Below, in pieces: positions 24,891 through 39,499 of a DNA stretch of 64,000 nucleotides (the stretch's first letter is position 1; each line of letters begins with the position of its first letter). Position numbers and translations under genes: made by a program. The notes beneath the pieces are model-generated. The model did not search any database, was not told where the DNA came from, and saw nothing but the letters and a program-made list of their open reading frames with translations. Origin of the DNA: Phyllosticta citribraziliensis (lineage: Eukaryota); NCBI RefSeq assembly GCF_038025025.1, contig NW_027117339.1:2604001-2668000 (forward strand), in the 5' to 3' direction.

Positions 24891-26880
24891 ATGGCGGCCG
24901 AGATTGACAATGCCTACAAGAAACTGTCGCCGATTGCAGGCAATGGTCTTTTCGCCAAAAAAGCCTTTCAAGAAGGCGAGCTGATCTTTGGGATTCCACG
25001 CCCCATGCTTACGGAGCTGGACAGTGCCGGATTGCGCCTATATTGCTCAAACTGCTTCGTGCGCAGCAACGATGGTTTGCCTGGCTCACGCCACATCAAA
25101 ATCAGCGCATGTTCAGCTTGTAAAGTCGTGAGCTACTGCTCCAAGGTCAGTTTTCCACGGCTCCATTTCATGACTGTCTGGCTAACATTTGATAGCAATG
25201 CCAATCCATTGCGTGGAAGCGCCAGCACAAAGCCCAATGCCCAATTTGGAAGGGCTTGCCGCGAGCGTCAGAGATTCCCCATGCAGTTCGGCTTGTCGCC
25301 CAAGCTCTGGCGGCGAGGAAGAATGGCCGGATATCTGACAAGGAGTGGGAGGCATTTGAGAGCCTGCCAGGCCACGTTGACAAGCTGAGAGAGCGAGACG
25401 ATTTCGAAACACATGCCGCCATGGCCATGGGTGCTCTAAAATATTCTGGCGTAGAGACGTCCTCGAACTTTGACAAGGCACTGGCGATTTACGCAAGGGT
25501 ATGTAAGAAGCGTCGCCGCGCGGCGAAGGCCAATTGGCTAATCCCTCGCAGATTCTCACCAACAGTCTCACCATTACTACAGCCGCCCTTTATCCCATTG
25601 GGGTAGGAGTTGATCCTTTTGCAAGCTGCGCCAACCACTCGTGCGAGCCCAACGCTTTTGTCGTTTTGGAAGGAACCAAGCTGTGCTATCGCGCTCTCAG
25701 ACCCATATCCAAGGACGAGGAAATCTCCATGTCCTACGTGGATGACAAGTGTCCCTTCTTCCAAAGACAAAAAGAGCTCCGAGACCGCTACTACTTTGAC
25801 TGCAAATGTAGCAAGTGTCAAAGGGGATGCGATACCATGGAAGATCGACTCAAGCAACCTTCACCAGAACAAGAACGCAAGATCTCACGTTATGCTTCAG
25901 CTCTGACCACTGGCAAGCCTGACCGGTATGTACCTGAAGACACCCCATTGCCTGCCACCGATGAGTTTTTGATACACAAACTCGCTCGACAACTCCCTCG
26001 GCGAATCCGCAAGCCTCGCGACTCGATATCCCCACTTTCTCCTGACCTCTACGCACTCGAGGCCTACGCGTTCGGTTACGTCGAGAGCATCGGCGGTCCA
26101 AAGACTGTGGACCTCGAACCCCTGTTGCCCGTCATGTGGCTACTCTCCTCAACAGAGGTATGGCCAAATTACAGGCAGCCCTTCCCTGACCTCGTGGAAG
26201 ACTTTCTGCGGCGAACCGCCAGCTTGGAGGGCCCAAGCAAGGCTGGCTTCCACAACCTGGGCCCCGTCTGGTTGTTTGCCGTGTTTCGCTATATTCAAAT
26301 AGACCCTATCCTGTACCCTGCGCACCACCCACTGCGCACACTGCATGTGTTCAGCCTCGCCAACTGGAGCATGACCCTGCTCGAGGACAGCGAGGCCGAC
26401 CAGCGCAGGGTACTTGAGCTTGCACTCGGTGGCCCGCTGGCTCGGCGCATCGACTTTCTGGCCTTGGCCAAAGACTTCTTGAGCGAGGCGCAAGCCTCGG
26501 TCGTCAAGAGCCACGGCCATCAAAGCAGGTTCTCGTACGCCGTCATCGCACAGGCGCCTCTAAACCTCTTCGGGGAAAGAGGGAGCCCTCCTGGGTACGC
26601 AGAGCACAAGAGGCCGGAGAGGTTGCGCCTACTCGAGGACGTGGCGAAGGTCGTTGACGAAAAGAAGAGCTCTTGGTTCCGCCAGATGATGGAGGGTCGC
26701 TTCATGGAGGACGTGTTTGGAGAACGTGCCTTGAAAAAGAGCGACCAGGGCGTTCGCGGATACTTCTCTTCATTCAATGCCAATTTTGAGAAAGCCCTCG
26801 GGGGTCCTTTTTCAGACAGTGAAGACGATGATAAGGATTGGAAGAGGGATTATAATTGGCTTTCTTCGGACGATGAATGA
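24891..26880 (+). CDS. SET and MYND domain protein (SMYD-like lysine methyltransferase), 3 exons
   Basis: GNGLFAKK; MYND finger CSNC..CSACKVVSYCSK/QCQ..W..HK..C; ANHSCEPNA, ISMSYVD, YYFDCKCSKC; introns ~25146-25195 and ~25499-25551. Confidence 0.9.
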
Positions 26881-29087
26881 TTGGACGACAGGCCGGCAGC
26901 GTGGGGCATTCTGCCTGGATTCTCTCGCTGGTTTCTGGGATTCGTTCTCTTTGCGTCGTTTTTGTACAGTTATGATGCTCGAGCTGCCGCTGCCGGTAGC
27001 GGCGGCTGACTTGATGATAGCAGCACGAGATACTGATGCCATCACGCGAGGCTCGGCCACAGTGGATGTGCAAAGAAATCCATCAACCTAGGACTGCGGC
27101 TCCATGCCGGGAGCAGTCATCCGCGACCACCGCTACGCCTACTCTACGGATGAAGTTTGCACTGAGAAGTAGAGGGTGTGTCATAATAGACTGCTTTGCC
27201 TAATACCAAATACTTTCCACGTTAAAGGCTAACCCTCCACACATTGTCGCTCGTGTCACACACAATGGCAACGCTTCTCCTTCCATCATGTCCTCGCAGC
27301 GACCCGATCCACTTTGTCACAGGTCACTCACATATTCACAGACGGACAGTACGCTCCTTGTAATTCTGGAGTCTGTCACCAGTCACCTGTCGCGCGACAA
27401 TGGTGAGTATCCGCTCACATTCCACTATTGCCGGCAGTATAAAACCCCCCTTCTCCCCAGATCCTACAGCTCACCCACAAACCCACCAAAGCCTCAACGC
27501 CTGGAGCTTAAGACTCAGAGCTTGCCTACTGGTCACGTCTTCAGTTACGGCCGTCTGCAATTTTTTCGACACTTTTTGACTCGTTCTTTACAGCACAGCA
27601 GCGCCTTCGGGATTCAGGGACTAGCAAATCTCGTGCAAGCCATAGCATAGCGTAGAAAAGATGCGCCACGGCATCATGAGACTATGCTGGTCATCAACAG
27701 CCTGCGAACGCACAACTTGATTATCGCGTCTTCCTCCGGTTAGCTGCAGAGGACTCTACATTCTAGCAGCCCCACGACGGGACGTAGCACGAGCAGCCAA
27801 GACACCAAGAGCACAGTGTCGATTTCTTCTTGGAGTTCTGCGGTTGGGACAAACCCCTGTCCTGCCGAGAAGGCGAAGAGGTGCAGAGAGGCCAGAGTAC
27901 AAAGCTCTTGTAAAACTGCCGCTACGCTACCATACCCGCTCTTAGGCACCCGCACCCCTGAACAGTCATGACGAAAGTCCATGTGACAGCTTTTCCGCAT
28001 GCCCCCTGACGCTTACTGCGCGTGCCTCGGCTGTCGGGCTTCTGCTGTCGGGCTTCAAGCCATACAGAAGCCCACGATCCCACGCTTCGAGGCAGTCAAC
28101 ACAATTCAGCGTCCCGTGGTCTCTCTACGGAGGGCCTGGAGTACTATGTACTGGGCCTGCCTGCCTTGGCCGCCGACGTACGCACGTACATGGGTCGATT
28201 CAGTCAGGGGCTAGACGCGCATCGTTCAGTGTGCGCAACATAATCACCATCACCATCAGCTCTTCGTAGAGCTGGCGCGAGGAGCAACATCTCAGAAGCA
28301 TGCCGCTGGGCTTCATCGCCAGGTCATATCGCCGGTCGTGGCAATCCCGTTCTACTAAGCGTTGTGAAATCAATGTATACCAGGCAGAGGAAAGGGCTGG
28401 CGCCAGCGGCCCTGGCGCGCAGTTCGGTAATCGTGTGTTCGACTTGCCTCCACGGTAAGAAATCGGTTGAGGTTGTGAGACGAAACTCAGTGGGAATGGT
28501 TTGGCAAGCCTTCAAAGCTCTGGAGCGCAAAAGAGAGGGGGGGAGGGGCGGGGTTTTAAATTCTTGAGCTACCAGTGTCTGTTGTCAGTTGCGTTTGTGA
28601 ATCATGGGACAAGTCATGCTTTGAGGTCATCTCTGGAAATTATTTTGAGCGCATGATTGAAGACTAGTTGATTGTTTATCAAATGCAGACGCAAAAAAAT
28701 CCTCCTGCCAAGGACCGTTCAAACATGTCGGCAGTGCCGATGCTATCGATCGAGGCTTGTGACGAAAAGCTGCAATGCGCGCAGCGGACATTCAGGGAAT
28801 CAAGGACCTTTCCCAAGTCTTGATGGTATGTGCGCGAGGAGCATTCAGGCTGCCCGAACGGATGGGGTCGGGGAGGATTCAAGCTCCGACGCAGAACTGC
28901 AGCTGCATGCAACGATCTTTTGAGTGGTAATTGGGTGTCAGGCCATTGGTAGAAAACAAGAAGACGACGTCGCTCGCTAATGCTTGACGCAAGACTCGCG
29001 CGGATAATCAGACACGCGCGACAAGAGCCGCAGAACGATAGACGCGCGATTGAAGAATGCAAAATAAATATCCTGATAGATAATTAT

Positions 29088-29118
29088 GATGGTGGTGATG
29101 GTGATGATGATGATGATG
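29088..29118. repeat. (GAT/GGT)n microsatellite
   Basis: gatggtggtgatggtgatgatgatgatgatg read directly. Confidence 0.75.
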
Positions 29119-29197
29119 CAAATGCAGGCATGGTTGGGTATTAAATTTTGGCTGAAAAAATGCTTTGTCTTTTCTTCGTCAAGGTCGTTGTAGTGTC

Positions 29198-30166
29198 TCA
29201 ATCGCTCGAGATCTCAACGCTGACGCTCACTTCGATTTGTTTGGCCGAACTTGATAACCTGTCGTCGTCGATCCAGCCCACCTCCTTGTCTCCGCAGCAA
29301 GCCACGTACAGCTTTGCCTTGTCCACGCCCTCGTCCAGATGCAGCGCCGATGGGCTGTTGAGACCTGTTGCGATTTCAGTGACGGTGCCCGTGCCGGCGC
29401 CGTCGACTTCGACCTTCCACAGCAGCCCCGACATGTAGCCGGCCGTGTACGCGGCCGAGCCGTCTGCGGCAGCCGTCAGGCCGTCACTGTTGAGGAGGTC
29501 GGTCGCAACCGTCTGCACGGGGCCGGCGGCGTTGCCCGCCTCGTCGACGGCTACGCGACACACCAGGCCCTTGCTCGTATTTGTCCACCAGATGTGGTTG
29601 TCTGATCTTGCGAGGGTGTTGATGCCGAAAAACTCGTCCGGGGTGGCCTTCGCCATGGTTTCGGTGTCGGCGAGGAAAATGGCCGTCTGGCCGGTGCGCA
29701 TGTCGAGCTTCCAGATGGAGCTCTTTTCCGAGTCGGCAAGCAGCAGCGTGTCTGGCGACTGCGGCGCGCCCGGCGTCACGTCGATGACCAGGCCGGCGTC
29801 GGCCAATTCTACGATTTTGGTGACGACGGGGGCCTCTTCCCCACGCAGCGTGACTCGCCACACAACCCACGACTTTGAGTCTATGGAAACGGTCTTGACA
29901 TCGAAGCGGCCAGCGATGACGGCGTACTCTTCCTGGTCGGGACTTTGGCTCAGGGCGCAGAGGTTGGTCAGGCCTTCGGCATCGGGGAACGTGTGCAGCA
30001 GGGTCGGCTCGGCGCTTTGGTCCTTGGGGTCGAATGTGTAGAGTCCCGGCAGGTCAAGTCGGGCAGCGAGGATTTGGCCATTTGGTCGCGAGAGGATTCC
30101 TTCGCACCACGAGTCGTCGGGCAGCTGGGTAACATGAGTGACTTGGGGTTGGGCGTCGTCTGCCAT
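29198..30166 (-). CDS. Six-bladed beta-propeller protein (SMP-30/gluconolactonase/TolB-like)
   Basis: 322-aa ORF with WCEGILSRPNGQIL, LLLADSEKSSIWKLDMRTG, GINTL, DGL and SPSA blade-type motifs. Confidence 0.75.
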   Translation of the reverse strand: MADDAQPQVTHVTQLPDDSWCEGILSRPNGQILAARLDLPGLYTFDPKDQSAEPTLLHTFPDAEGLTNLCALSQSPDQEEYAVIAGRFDVKTVSIDSKSWVVWRVTLRGEEAPVVTKIVELADAGLVIDVTPGAPQSPDTLLLADSEKSSIWKLDMRTGQTAIFLADTETMAKATPDEFFGINTLARSDNHIWWTNTSKGLVCRVAVDEAGNAAGPVQTVATDLLNSDGLTAAADGSAAYTAGYMSGLLWKVEVDGAGTGTVTEIATGLNSPSALHLDEGVDKAKLYVACCGDKEVGWIDDDRLSSSAKQIEVSVSVEISSD

Positions 30167-30882
30167 GGTGGTGGATGTGAGGAGAGGTTGGGTTGGGGAA
30201 AGATGGAGGCTTGAGGACAGCAGCGCGCAAGGCTCGATATTTACTGATGATTTCCCCTGAGGTGAAACGAGGGTGAGGCGCTCAACGTGGGCCGGGAAGC
30301 CCCATTCGTACTAGAGATTGTCGGTTTGATGGGCTCTGCGAGTCGTGGATGAGCAGGGCTGCTGGCCAGTGCATATCTTGGCCAGAGACGCGCAGCGTTC
30401 AGTGCCGCGCGGACTTTGGTCGGGGAAGTCGACGGCATTGGGCATGATGGACGGCAACGGGATAGATCATGTCGCAACGGGCATGGCGGTGTTGGTGTGC
30501 GAGTCGTTGGTGGTGTTTGTCGCGGACGAGGCGAGACGGGACAGCAGCCGGCGGCCGTTGTCAGCGTCAGGGAACTGGCAATGTCGGCCCGTGCCGCACT
30601 CTGCCAAGGTCCGAGCAGGCGTTGCGATTCAATTCTTCTTTTACAACCCACTCTTCCTCTCACCACCCCCACATCCCGCTGCTTCCCTGCCCTCCCATTC
30701 GCATGACGGCTCGTCTTTTGACAAACTCGAGTCGGCTGCTCTTTCTTTTTCCCTCAACAACTCCATAATTGCCCCCTGACCCCCCCTTGATATCTGTCAA
30801 AAGACGGTCAACATGGTCAAGTGTTTCATTCGGTCTACGAGCCTCAGCTTCCAGCGCCGCACAGCATTCATTTCTATCCACC

Positions 30883-32333
30883 CTAACCCAGCTTCGTAAC
30901 CGTCTCGGCATCCTTCTCCTGCTTCTTCTCCGCCGGCGGTCCTCCTCCAGTCGTGGGCAGCCCCAGCGTGACCTTGTAGGACTGCGTAGCTGTTAGCTGT
31001 CTCCTGCAATGAGTCCTCCGTCAATCCAAGCAGACTTACGTCGTAGATGAGCCACTGCACTGTACGGCCGTTAGTCGTCTACTCCAATATCCATTTCGGG
31101 TTAGGCGACACTTACGTCCAGTCAGAGTGCCGATCATGAAAATGCGGACAACGAGGCCGTTCCACAGTCCCGCGAATCCAATATCTTTGTAGATGCGCGC
31201 CGTCGCGGCTCCAAATGCCTCGCCGTCCTTGCGGTTCGCGTTGAGTTTCGAGACCATGACGTCGGCGGGGTGGCTGACAATGGCGCACAAGATACCGGCG
31301 AGGTATCCAGCGGTAAACGACACCGCTGTCTGCGCGCCCTTGCCGTATTCCGCTTTGCTTCCGGGCAAGTAGTCATAGATCATCTCGACAATGGTCTCAA
31401 ACGAGGCGAATTTCATCATCGTGTAGGGCACCTGGCGACCCCAAAGTGGGTAGAGCCCCTTGAACAGACTGGTACGGCTCATTAGCTGCATTGCAACTCA
31501 CGTCTCTCCGGAGACTCACCCAGCCGTACCCTCCTTGGCCGTGACGGTGGAAATGCCTCCGAACGTCGACCTCGCAAAAGGGGGAATCGTCGTCTGCATG
31601 CGGACCTTGACGGCCTCGAACGGGCACAGGGCAACATCTGCAATGACCTCGGCCGACGCAGACGCAGTCAGGTACAGCACCGTCTTGTATCGTTGCGCGT
31701 TCTCAGGTCCCGCCAGGTCCGAGTATAACTTCTTGAAGTATTCGTATCCGCCGTACTTGAAAGCACCTTGTGCCTGTACAATGATCAGTGTCATTCGGCT
31801 TCAGTGCAGCATTTGCCGTACCGAGTAGCCCCAGAGCGTCGGTCCCCATCCAGTGTAAATGCCCCGAAGGCCCTCGGCGCGCGAAATCTTGCCCCAGGCC
31901 TCAAAGTTGCCCTTGTACATCTTGGGATCAACCTGACGCCGGCACTTGACCAAGTCCAACGGGGTGACGGCGGTATGAGTCAGGCCCTGCGTGCGTTAGT
32001 ACCCTTCGGCCATGAAGAGCATTGGCGACTCACGCAGGCCAAAAGGCCACCAGAGGTGCAGGCGGCGTAAAACTTGGGAGAATACATTTCAATCTTCCCA
32101 GTCGCCTGCTGGGCTTTGCTGCTCGCCTGCTGCAGCTCCTTGACCGCGGCATTGCTCAGCTGGTTTGCCTTGTCTTTGGCATCGTCGATCGCGCTCCAGG
32201 TGCTATAGAGCTCCTGTCGCGCTTGATATCGAGTCCTTGGCGGCTCGGCAGAGTCCGCCGTCCAGTTCTGCGCTGACGGCGCGGATGGAAACGCATCGCG
32301 CATGGCTCCAAGGTATGGGAAGGACAAAACCAT
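30883..32333 (-). CDS. Mitochondrial phosphate carrier (Pic2/Mir1 family), multi-exon
   Basis: [84 protein letters not shown]. Confidence 0.93.
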
Positions 32334-33319
32334 CTTGTCGCCTTGACCTGTGACGGTAGTCAGCCTCAGCAGCAGCTGCGCACACACGGTCACTGAAACC
32401 TGCAATGGCTATCTACAGCTTGAATGGTTGGACGAGTGCAAAACAAGGCTTGAGATGACAGTGGGAACGATGCTGCGGAGTAGTGGGAGAGGAAGAGGGC
32501 GGCTATTTGGGCTCGTGTTTTTGGGGGCGGCCCCCTTCGTCCAACATGCAACGTCATTCCTTAGCTCCGCTATCCCCGGATCCTTGCACCTTGGCTAAGC
32601 CAACTCAGGTTACACCAGAGCCTCGTTTCGGTTTGACCACGACCGCTGCTGTCCCAAAGCAATCCTGACAGGTATACAGATAAGGGGGGCAGTCTGTGAG
32701 GTTGCATCCGCTTCAATGGATAACTGATGGGAGTATTCAGGCTACCCTAGATGTAGACTAGAGCATGGTGCCATGCGGTTGGAGAGAAGATACGATACTA
32801 CCTAGATACTCCGTGAATGACTCACAAGTCGAACCCAGAAAGGATCGCGAGAAAATCCGCATTGAGCACTGTCACAATCAGGACCATCCACGCTGTTTGA
32901 CACTCGATAAACACTCTCCAGTGGCAGTGGTTGTGGAAAGATATGACAATACCTGCGCATAGCTGCAGTAATGAACGAAGACCCCTTGAGCGCAACCATG
33001 ATGGCAGACGACATTTCGCAGCTGTGATGGAAAACCGCTCACTCGGCGTAATTTGGTAGCGAACGACAGCTCCCAAGGCGTGCCTGTGACATGAATGACA
33101 GCTCCCTAGCTCCATCTGCAGTAGTAATGATTGCTCCCTAGACGCCGCCGCAGTGCCGGGAAGAATTCAAGATTGGTGCTTCATTACCTATCCGTAAATG
33201 TGCATTCGACCAAAATGCGCCTGAGCGCCTGAGATGAGAAGTCCTTGACCAGGTTCCAAACCACCACTTCAAACGACGCAGCTCTTGTCTCTTTCAACCG
33301 CAAGCTTCCGAGGAGACTC

Positions 33320-36300
33320 CTAATTCCCCTCTCCCTTTTCAGACTCTTCCTTGCAAGCATGCTCATCAAACACGCTCATATCGCCTCCGTCTGCGCCAGC
33401 GGCAGACGCACTGCTCTTTTTTAAGGCTGCCCACGAGCTCTCCATGCTTTCGCTTGTTGGCCGCTGGGCCGCGCTGCTCTTGCGGTGCCGGCTTACAACC
33501 CCTGGGAAGATCCGGGGCTCGTGCGCGTCGAGATGGTTTGCCGCCGGTGCGGACGAAATCGATTGCTGTGGAGACAAGGGGAGGCCTAAGGCTGGCTGGG
33601 GCATGGGGACAAGCGAGGAAGTCGAGGCCACCATGGCCGAGGGTGGGTTGTTGACGCGAGAGTCTTGAGTTTCATCGCCTTCACTGCCGTTGAATCCATC
33701 GCTCACATGTCCTGCAGAGACTTGTCAGATATTGTTGGTAGAAAGAATGATTTTCGCTTACCTTCCATTGAGTTCTTCGACGTGGCAGGATGGTGGGTTC
33801 TTGGGACTCGCAGCGTGTCTCCATTCGCCCCTGGCTCGCTTTCGTGGACAGGGGCGTTTTCAGTCTTGGGCTCATTGTCAGGGGGCGTGTTGGATGCCAC
33901 ATTTTGGACAGAGAGCGGTTCGGCATTCTTGTTCGTGTACCGCGAGATCATGGCAAGCTCGGCTTGAAGCGTTTCGTGGCGGAACGCCTCTCTGATGTTG
34001 GGAACGTTGACCTTGGCCACGTCATTGCCAGACACACCAGGCAAGTGATATTCGGCACCCAGCCAACGCTGCTTGATTGAGTGTTCAAAACCACTCTGCA
34101 GGACCGAATGCTTCGCCAGCTCACACATGTCGACGGCACTGAGCTTGTAGATCTGCGCCGCGACAGCATACTCTTCAATCAACGGCTCCTTGGTAAAGGC
34201 GAATTGAAGGGGATCGTCGGTTGAGAGAGACACGTTGAGTCCGCGCTTGAAGTACGAGAGGAACGGGTTACGCTCGTAGGCCAGGAACAGAGCATTGTTG
34301 CTCAGAGGCGACATTGCTATGCCAATCTGCTCCAAGTAAAAGACATACTGGAGCAATGGGACCTTGCGAAGCATCAGACCGTGACTGATGCTGTGGCAGC
34401 ACAGGAATGCTGCTGCCAAGTGGTCAGTGTCACCCGCCTCACCGCAGTGCGGCCTGAGGACGAAAGTGTTGAAGCCTCGCTGCTTGCGCCACACGTTGAG
34501 GGAAGAGATGTTGGCAAACAGATAGTAGATCCAGTAACTGTACGGCGGATTCTGTTTGGTGTCCCAGAGCGCCGGGGTGGGGAACTTTCTGTAAAGCCTG
34601 CGTTCGGGCTTGCTCTCGTCGTCGACGCTATCAAATCCAATGACGCGTTGGAGAAAGATGTGAAGTTTCGGGTGACTGGCGGGATCCTTGGTCACCTCGA
34701 AGAGGGGCTGGAAAACATTGACCACCACTTGCTCGAAATTGTCCATCAGGTGCGAGTTCTTGTAAACGTCGTAAAGCCTGGGAACCTGGATGAGCCATCG
34801 AACATTTGGCGAGAAGAGTTTGTTGTCCACAACCCAGGCGGCAAGCTTGTCCCACTCGTCCAAGCTGCGGCCATAGATGGAGATGCGCCACTCCACCATT
34901 TGGTACTTGCTTGACTCCATGTCGGAAATGACTTCTTTTGTAATCTCAGCCAGATAACGCCCGTGAATGTAATTGTCAGTTTTGAGGAAAATGGTGCGCA
35001 GTCTAGACTCTCCAATGGGATTGTACTTGAGGTTGAATTTGTCGAAACGATGGAAACTGTCCGTGTGCGCGTGCATATCGAGGGTATCGATGCTCAAGTC
35101 GTACGCCGTCAAGTTGATACTCTCAAAAACTTCTCTCAGGGTCAAATGCCTGCCATCCCTGTACAAAACGACCTCATCGGGGGATTTCTTCATCTTGCTC
35201 TTGATAAAACGCAGCAAATGCTTTTGGTTCATGCAAGCAGAGTGGTGGACGTGGGTATCAACCTTTCTGACGTTGTAAAAATCTCTGTGGGGCACCTTCT
35301 TACTGTCGGCAACCTCTTGGTACTCGTTGAGAAGGAAGTATAGGTTGTATTTTCCTTCAAGGTACTGAAGCCGCCGAAAGGCAAAGCTTTTGATGGGACC
35401 ATCGGTAGAGACACTGATGACCTCGTCGAGATCCATGTAAAACTCCCGAATGTCTGGAATGTGCACGATGGGCCTGTTTTGGTCGACCGACGCTTCATTC
35501 TCGTAGACCTGGAACACGCCCTTCTTGTCGAGCTTGAAGGACATTTCTGACGGACCTGGAGGCGTCAGATCGTTAATGTCGAAGTCTTCGCCAATGTTTT
35601 CGCCCAGCTTGCGGGGCTTGGGCTTTGGCTTCTCCGCATCTGGCTCCAGTATAGTGCTGTTGGTCATGCTGTTTTGGCCCGTCATTGTGCTCCGGTGGCG
35701 ATCGTGGTCCCAGGACGTTTCGGGCATGGGCGGGTAGACTTTCCAACTCGGGTTGTCTTTGGGGTTGTCAAAGTCCCCTTGCAGCGAGATGCGGATGTAC
35801 TTGTGCCGTATGTCAAGAACCTTTTGGATGTTTGTGTAAATGTTCCTCAATTCTTCCGTGACACTGGCGTCGCTTGCGGCAAAGCCTCCGGCACCGCTGC
35901 CCACTCCGACTCCTGCTCCTGCTCCATGAATTCCGTGCATTTCCAGCAAAGGCTTGTGTTCGTGGGGAAGGCCAGGATGATGGGTGTGGGAGCGCGCTGC
36001 GGAATCTGCGTGCAGAAAAGGCTCGTCTTGCTGCTCGCCAGTTGGACGAGCGTGGTGATCTGGCGGCAGCCCTTGCGTCTGCGCCCCCGCAAGCGCAGAG
36101 GTGCCAACCTCGATGGGCAACGCAGCACCATTGAGGGCGTTTGAGGCGGGGACGCTACGTGGTGGCATTTGGCTGCCGCTGCGACTGGCGCGGTCCGACT
36201 CGACAGCCGTGTGGTGGGAGAGGGCCTTTGGTGGTATGACGGGACTGTAGCCGCCATCCTGCGACCAATTGCTGGCACCAGCCTGGCTCTCCAGCTGGTG

Positions 36301-36704
36301 GCGCTGGAAGAACTGTTTGGCCTCGGAATGGCTCATTTGTATTTCGGATGCACGGTCGTAGAAGGCTGTCTTGCGTTGTTTATCTCTGGGCAGTGGAACA
36401 GCTTGTGTATCGTCGGACGCGGGAGCATCCCCGGCATCGTCTGCTGCTGTGGGCTGCTGGGGGCCCGCAGCGCCGTCTTGAGCACGGCCATGTGCGCCAT
36501 CGCTATTGTCCTCTGGCGTTTGCGCGTCGGGGTCGGGGTCGGAGTTCTGATCGAGATCGTATTCATGCTCTTCGTTGGACGAGACGGTGGCGGCAGCGCT
36601 GTAGACGGGCGAGTCGCCGGGCGAGGGGCCAAGGTGAGCTGGAACAGTCAGAAGACGGTCGCACACAGACGGGCTTGCATGGGGGGAGGCCAACCTTTCG
36701 ACAT
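33320..36704 (-). CDS. AMD1: AMP deaminase
   Basis: [49 protein letters not shown]. Short first exon ATGTCGAAAG with intron ~36639-36694; last intron ~33712-33761. Confidence 0.95.
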
Positions 36705-37077
36705 TTTTCGCGTCAAAAGATGCGGGCGAAGAGCGCTGATAAACTTCCTACCTTAATCGCGCGTCGCTGAGCGGGTCCGAGCGTCATTCCCCGGTCTCGT
36801 CTTGGCGACATGCGCCTCCGCCGTCTTTTGCCCCCTGCGTGATGTACCTCTCTACTCCATACCCACTCGACGGTCAGCTGCCGTCTCCCGTCGACGCTGC
36901 GGTGCCGTCACGCGCTAATCACACGTCTATCCCAGCACCTTGCCCGATGCTTGCACCTGGGACTCGATCGGTCATGCCCGCACTCAGCCACATCTCAGAC
37001 GTGCACTCAAGGCCGTTCTATTTTTCTAAATCTGCTCCCTTTGACTATCCCGTACGCCGCTTCGAGCCGAGGGCTTT

Positions 37078-38663
37078 CTACGTCTCCGTATCCTTGTCTG
37101 CCGGAAACCGCGTGTCCAGCAGATCGTGATGTGCCTGGTTGATGTGCGCCGCCCACTGCTTGGACCCTGGGAATTCTTCATCGCACCCGACGTGCGGACA
37201 CGAGTATCCTCTATGCTTCTTGGAGTGTTGGAACAGCTCGTACTGCGTGTGGAAACGCTGCAAACCATTTAGCGGAGACTCAACGGTGGCTGTGGTGGTT
37301 GACATACCTCATGGCAGCTGATCCACGGACAATGAAACGTTGGTAGGTCGAAGTCGCTTTCTTCAGACCCGTCTGACTGATATCCTTGGTCCCTCTGTGG
37401 CTCGTTTGGCTTTTGGTGGGTGGCTGGATTGAAATAGCCCCTCTCATCGATATACATCTCGTCACCAATGCGCCTTGCCATGCCTTGCGAGTTTTGACGG
37501 AGAACGTTCTCTTGGACTCCCACAGCACGTCCCTGGGTTTCTAGAGCTGCCTCTGACCTGGCTGCCACCGAGGTAGCCACCTCTTCTGCCCCAACGACGT
37601 GCCCCAGTATCATACGGAGTCGCGCCACGGCTTTGTTGTCGAGTCGATTCATGCCCGACTTGACCTCCTGAAGCTGGCTTCGCGCTTCTTTGACAATGGG
37701 GAGCATGTCGCCCCATACTTGATCCGTATAGCTTGTTAGTACGTCCTCCCAGTCTGCCAGGAATTCTTTTTGCACAGGCGTGTCATTTAGTATTGCTCTT
37801 TCTTGCTCCGACTGTAACACGTCGACAAGCTCCCGTAATGCGTGCTCCGTGTGCGCATCGGCTGCAAACTCTGGTCGGAGGTTCAACGGGTGGTCCTGGC
37901 TGAGAGATCTATGCTGCGGGGGAGGAGGAAGGGAGGATTTGATTTTTTGAACAATCTCCTGCTCCTGCGGGGTATAGTTTGGACTAAACAAGTTTGAGGG
38001 TGGCTCTTGCGTGGAGTCGCTCAACATGTTGTACTCATAGTCCGTGGGGTCTGGGAAAGATAGTATGTCTCTCACGGCAGCGCCGTCGTCATACTCGTCA
38101 TGACCAACAGTCGTGCCGTTGCGATTCTGGTTTTGCCATGGCGAGTCGATGCGGGGGGCTTCTTTCGAAATTGCCCCGTGTGTTTGAAAATGGGCGACCC
38201 AATCATCGGTCGGTTGACCGTTCTGGGGCTGATGTTCATCTGGCCAAGTGCGCGTGGGCTCGTTCGTAAGTTGGTACTCTTGCGCATCTTGTCCTTGAAG
38301 AAAGGCGTCAAAATCAAAATCAGGTACTTGGTGGGAAGCACTGGAAGCTTCGCGGAATCCTTCATTGCTGTAGCTTTGGCCCCCAGAAGCGCTCCCCGTG
38401 GACGATCCGTTCGGCCTTGCAGGTAGCGCCTCAGACCATGGCGAGGATGCCGAGCTGCTTGACCCGTTTGGAAGCTTTGCAGAGAGACCTGAGGCGGAGG
38501 TGAAGGCCGCATGTGCGTCTTGTGCAGATGCGTTGGTGAAAAAGTCCTTAGCCAGACCTGAGGCGGATGCGGTAATGCGGGAAGACATGGACGGCTCCGA
38601 CTGTTTGCCATGGGCTGGGGGTGCAGCGCCGTCGTTGTCGACGACGTCCTGCTGACGGTTCAT
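37078..38663 (-). CDS. Hypothetical protein with two C-terminal C2H2 zinc fingers, 2 exons
   Basis: Long ORF ending FHCPWISCHE, intron ~37259-37307, then RF....LFQHSKKH and YSCPHVGCDEEF....W..HINQAH. Confidence 0.8.
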
Positions 38664-39499
38664 GGCACCAGGAGTCAGCTGAAAACGAATGGAGAGGCAA
38701 TGAGGATAGCAAAGCGCTATTGTAGACTTGGAACAAAGTCAATCGTTCCGATTTGCGGGGAAGACTGGGACCGGGATGGTCTGTACTGTACAGGTCGGGA
38801 GGAACAGGCGCGGATGAGGAAACCTTGGGCCGGCTATGAAGTCGTCATAGACATGCAGGTTATCCAGGAGACCGGGGCGACATAGCAGTGTCTTGTTACT
38901 GCAAAGGCTGCATTTTTAGGACCAGAGTCAGATCGGTAGAGCGGGGTTAAAACATGGCTCTTGGTTTGGGTTTGCATCCGGATCCATGCACGCCTCCCTC
39001 TCGTTTGCCGTACGCCCGCCGCCCGCCGATAAGATTAGATCTATCCGAGGGACCGGTCGTCGGCTACAGGGAGGACTTGCCCATGACGTCCTAGGTACAT
39101 GTACCATACATACGCAAGACGTGTCTCTTCTGCCAGATGCTCATCTATCCCAGCAGGGTGCTACCAGGCTAGAAAGTCAAGAGAGCATCTCCCTACTTGA
39201 TTTTATTCAGGGACAGGCAGCGACCAATTCTGTCGTCTACGAAATCAGACTCCTTTTGACAGCAGCCGTGCCACTCAACTTCTTCCCTCTACCGGGTTTT
39301 GCTGCAGCAAGCCGCGAAGATCCTCCGCCTTGTGGCGTTGTGGAACCGCACCTGGGTCTGGCTACCACTAGCCACATCAGGAAGATGGGCAGAACTGAAC
39401 ATGGGAGAAAATCCAACTCTCGTTGCATGATGCTTTATTTCTATCGACACTGCCTGATGCCTTTTTTTCTGCTGCCCCGTCTCGCAAGTAATTCATTAT

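Noticed and set aside
27000..29000. Genes between the SET/MYND and beta-propeller genes
   Set aside because: Short ORFs without recognisable features.
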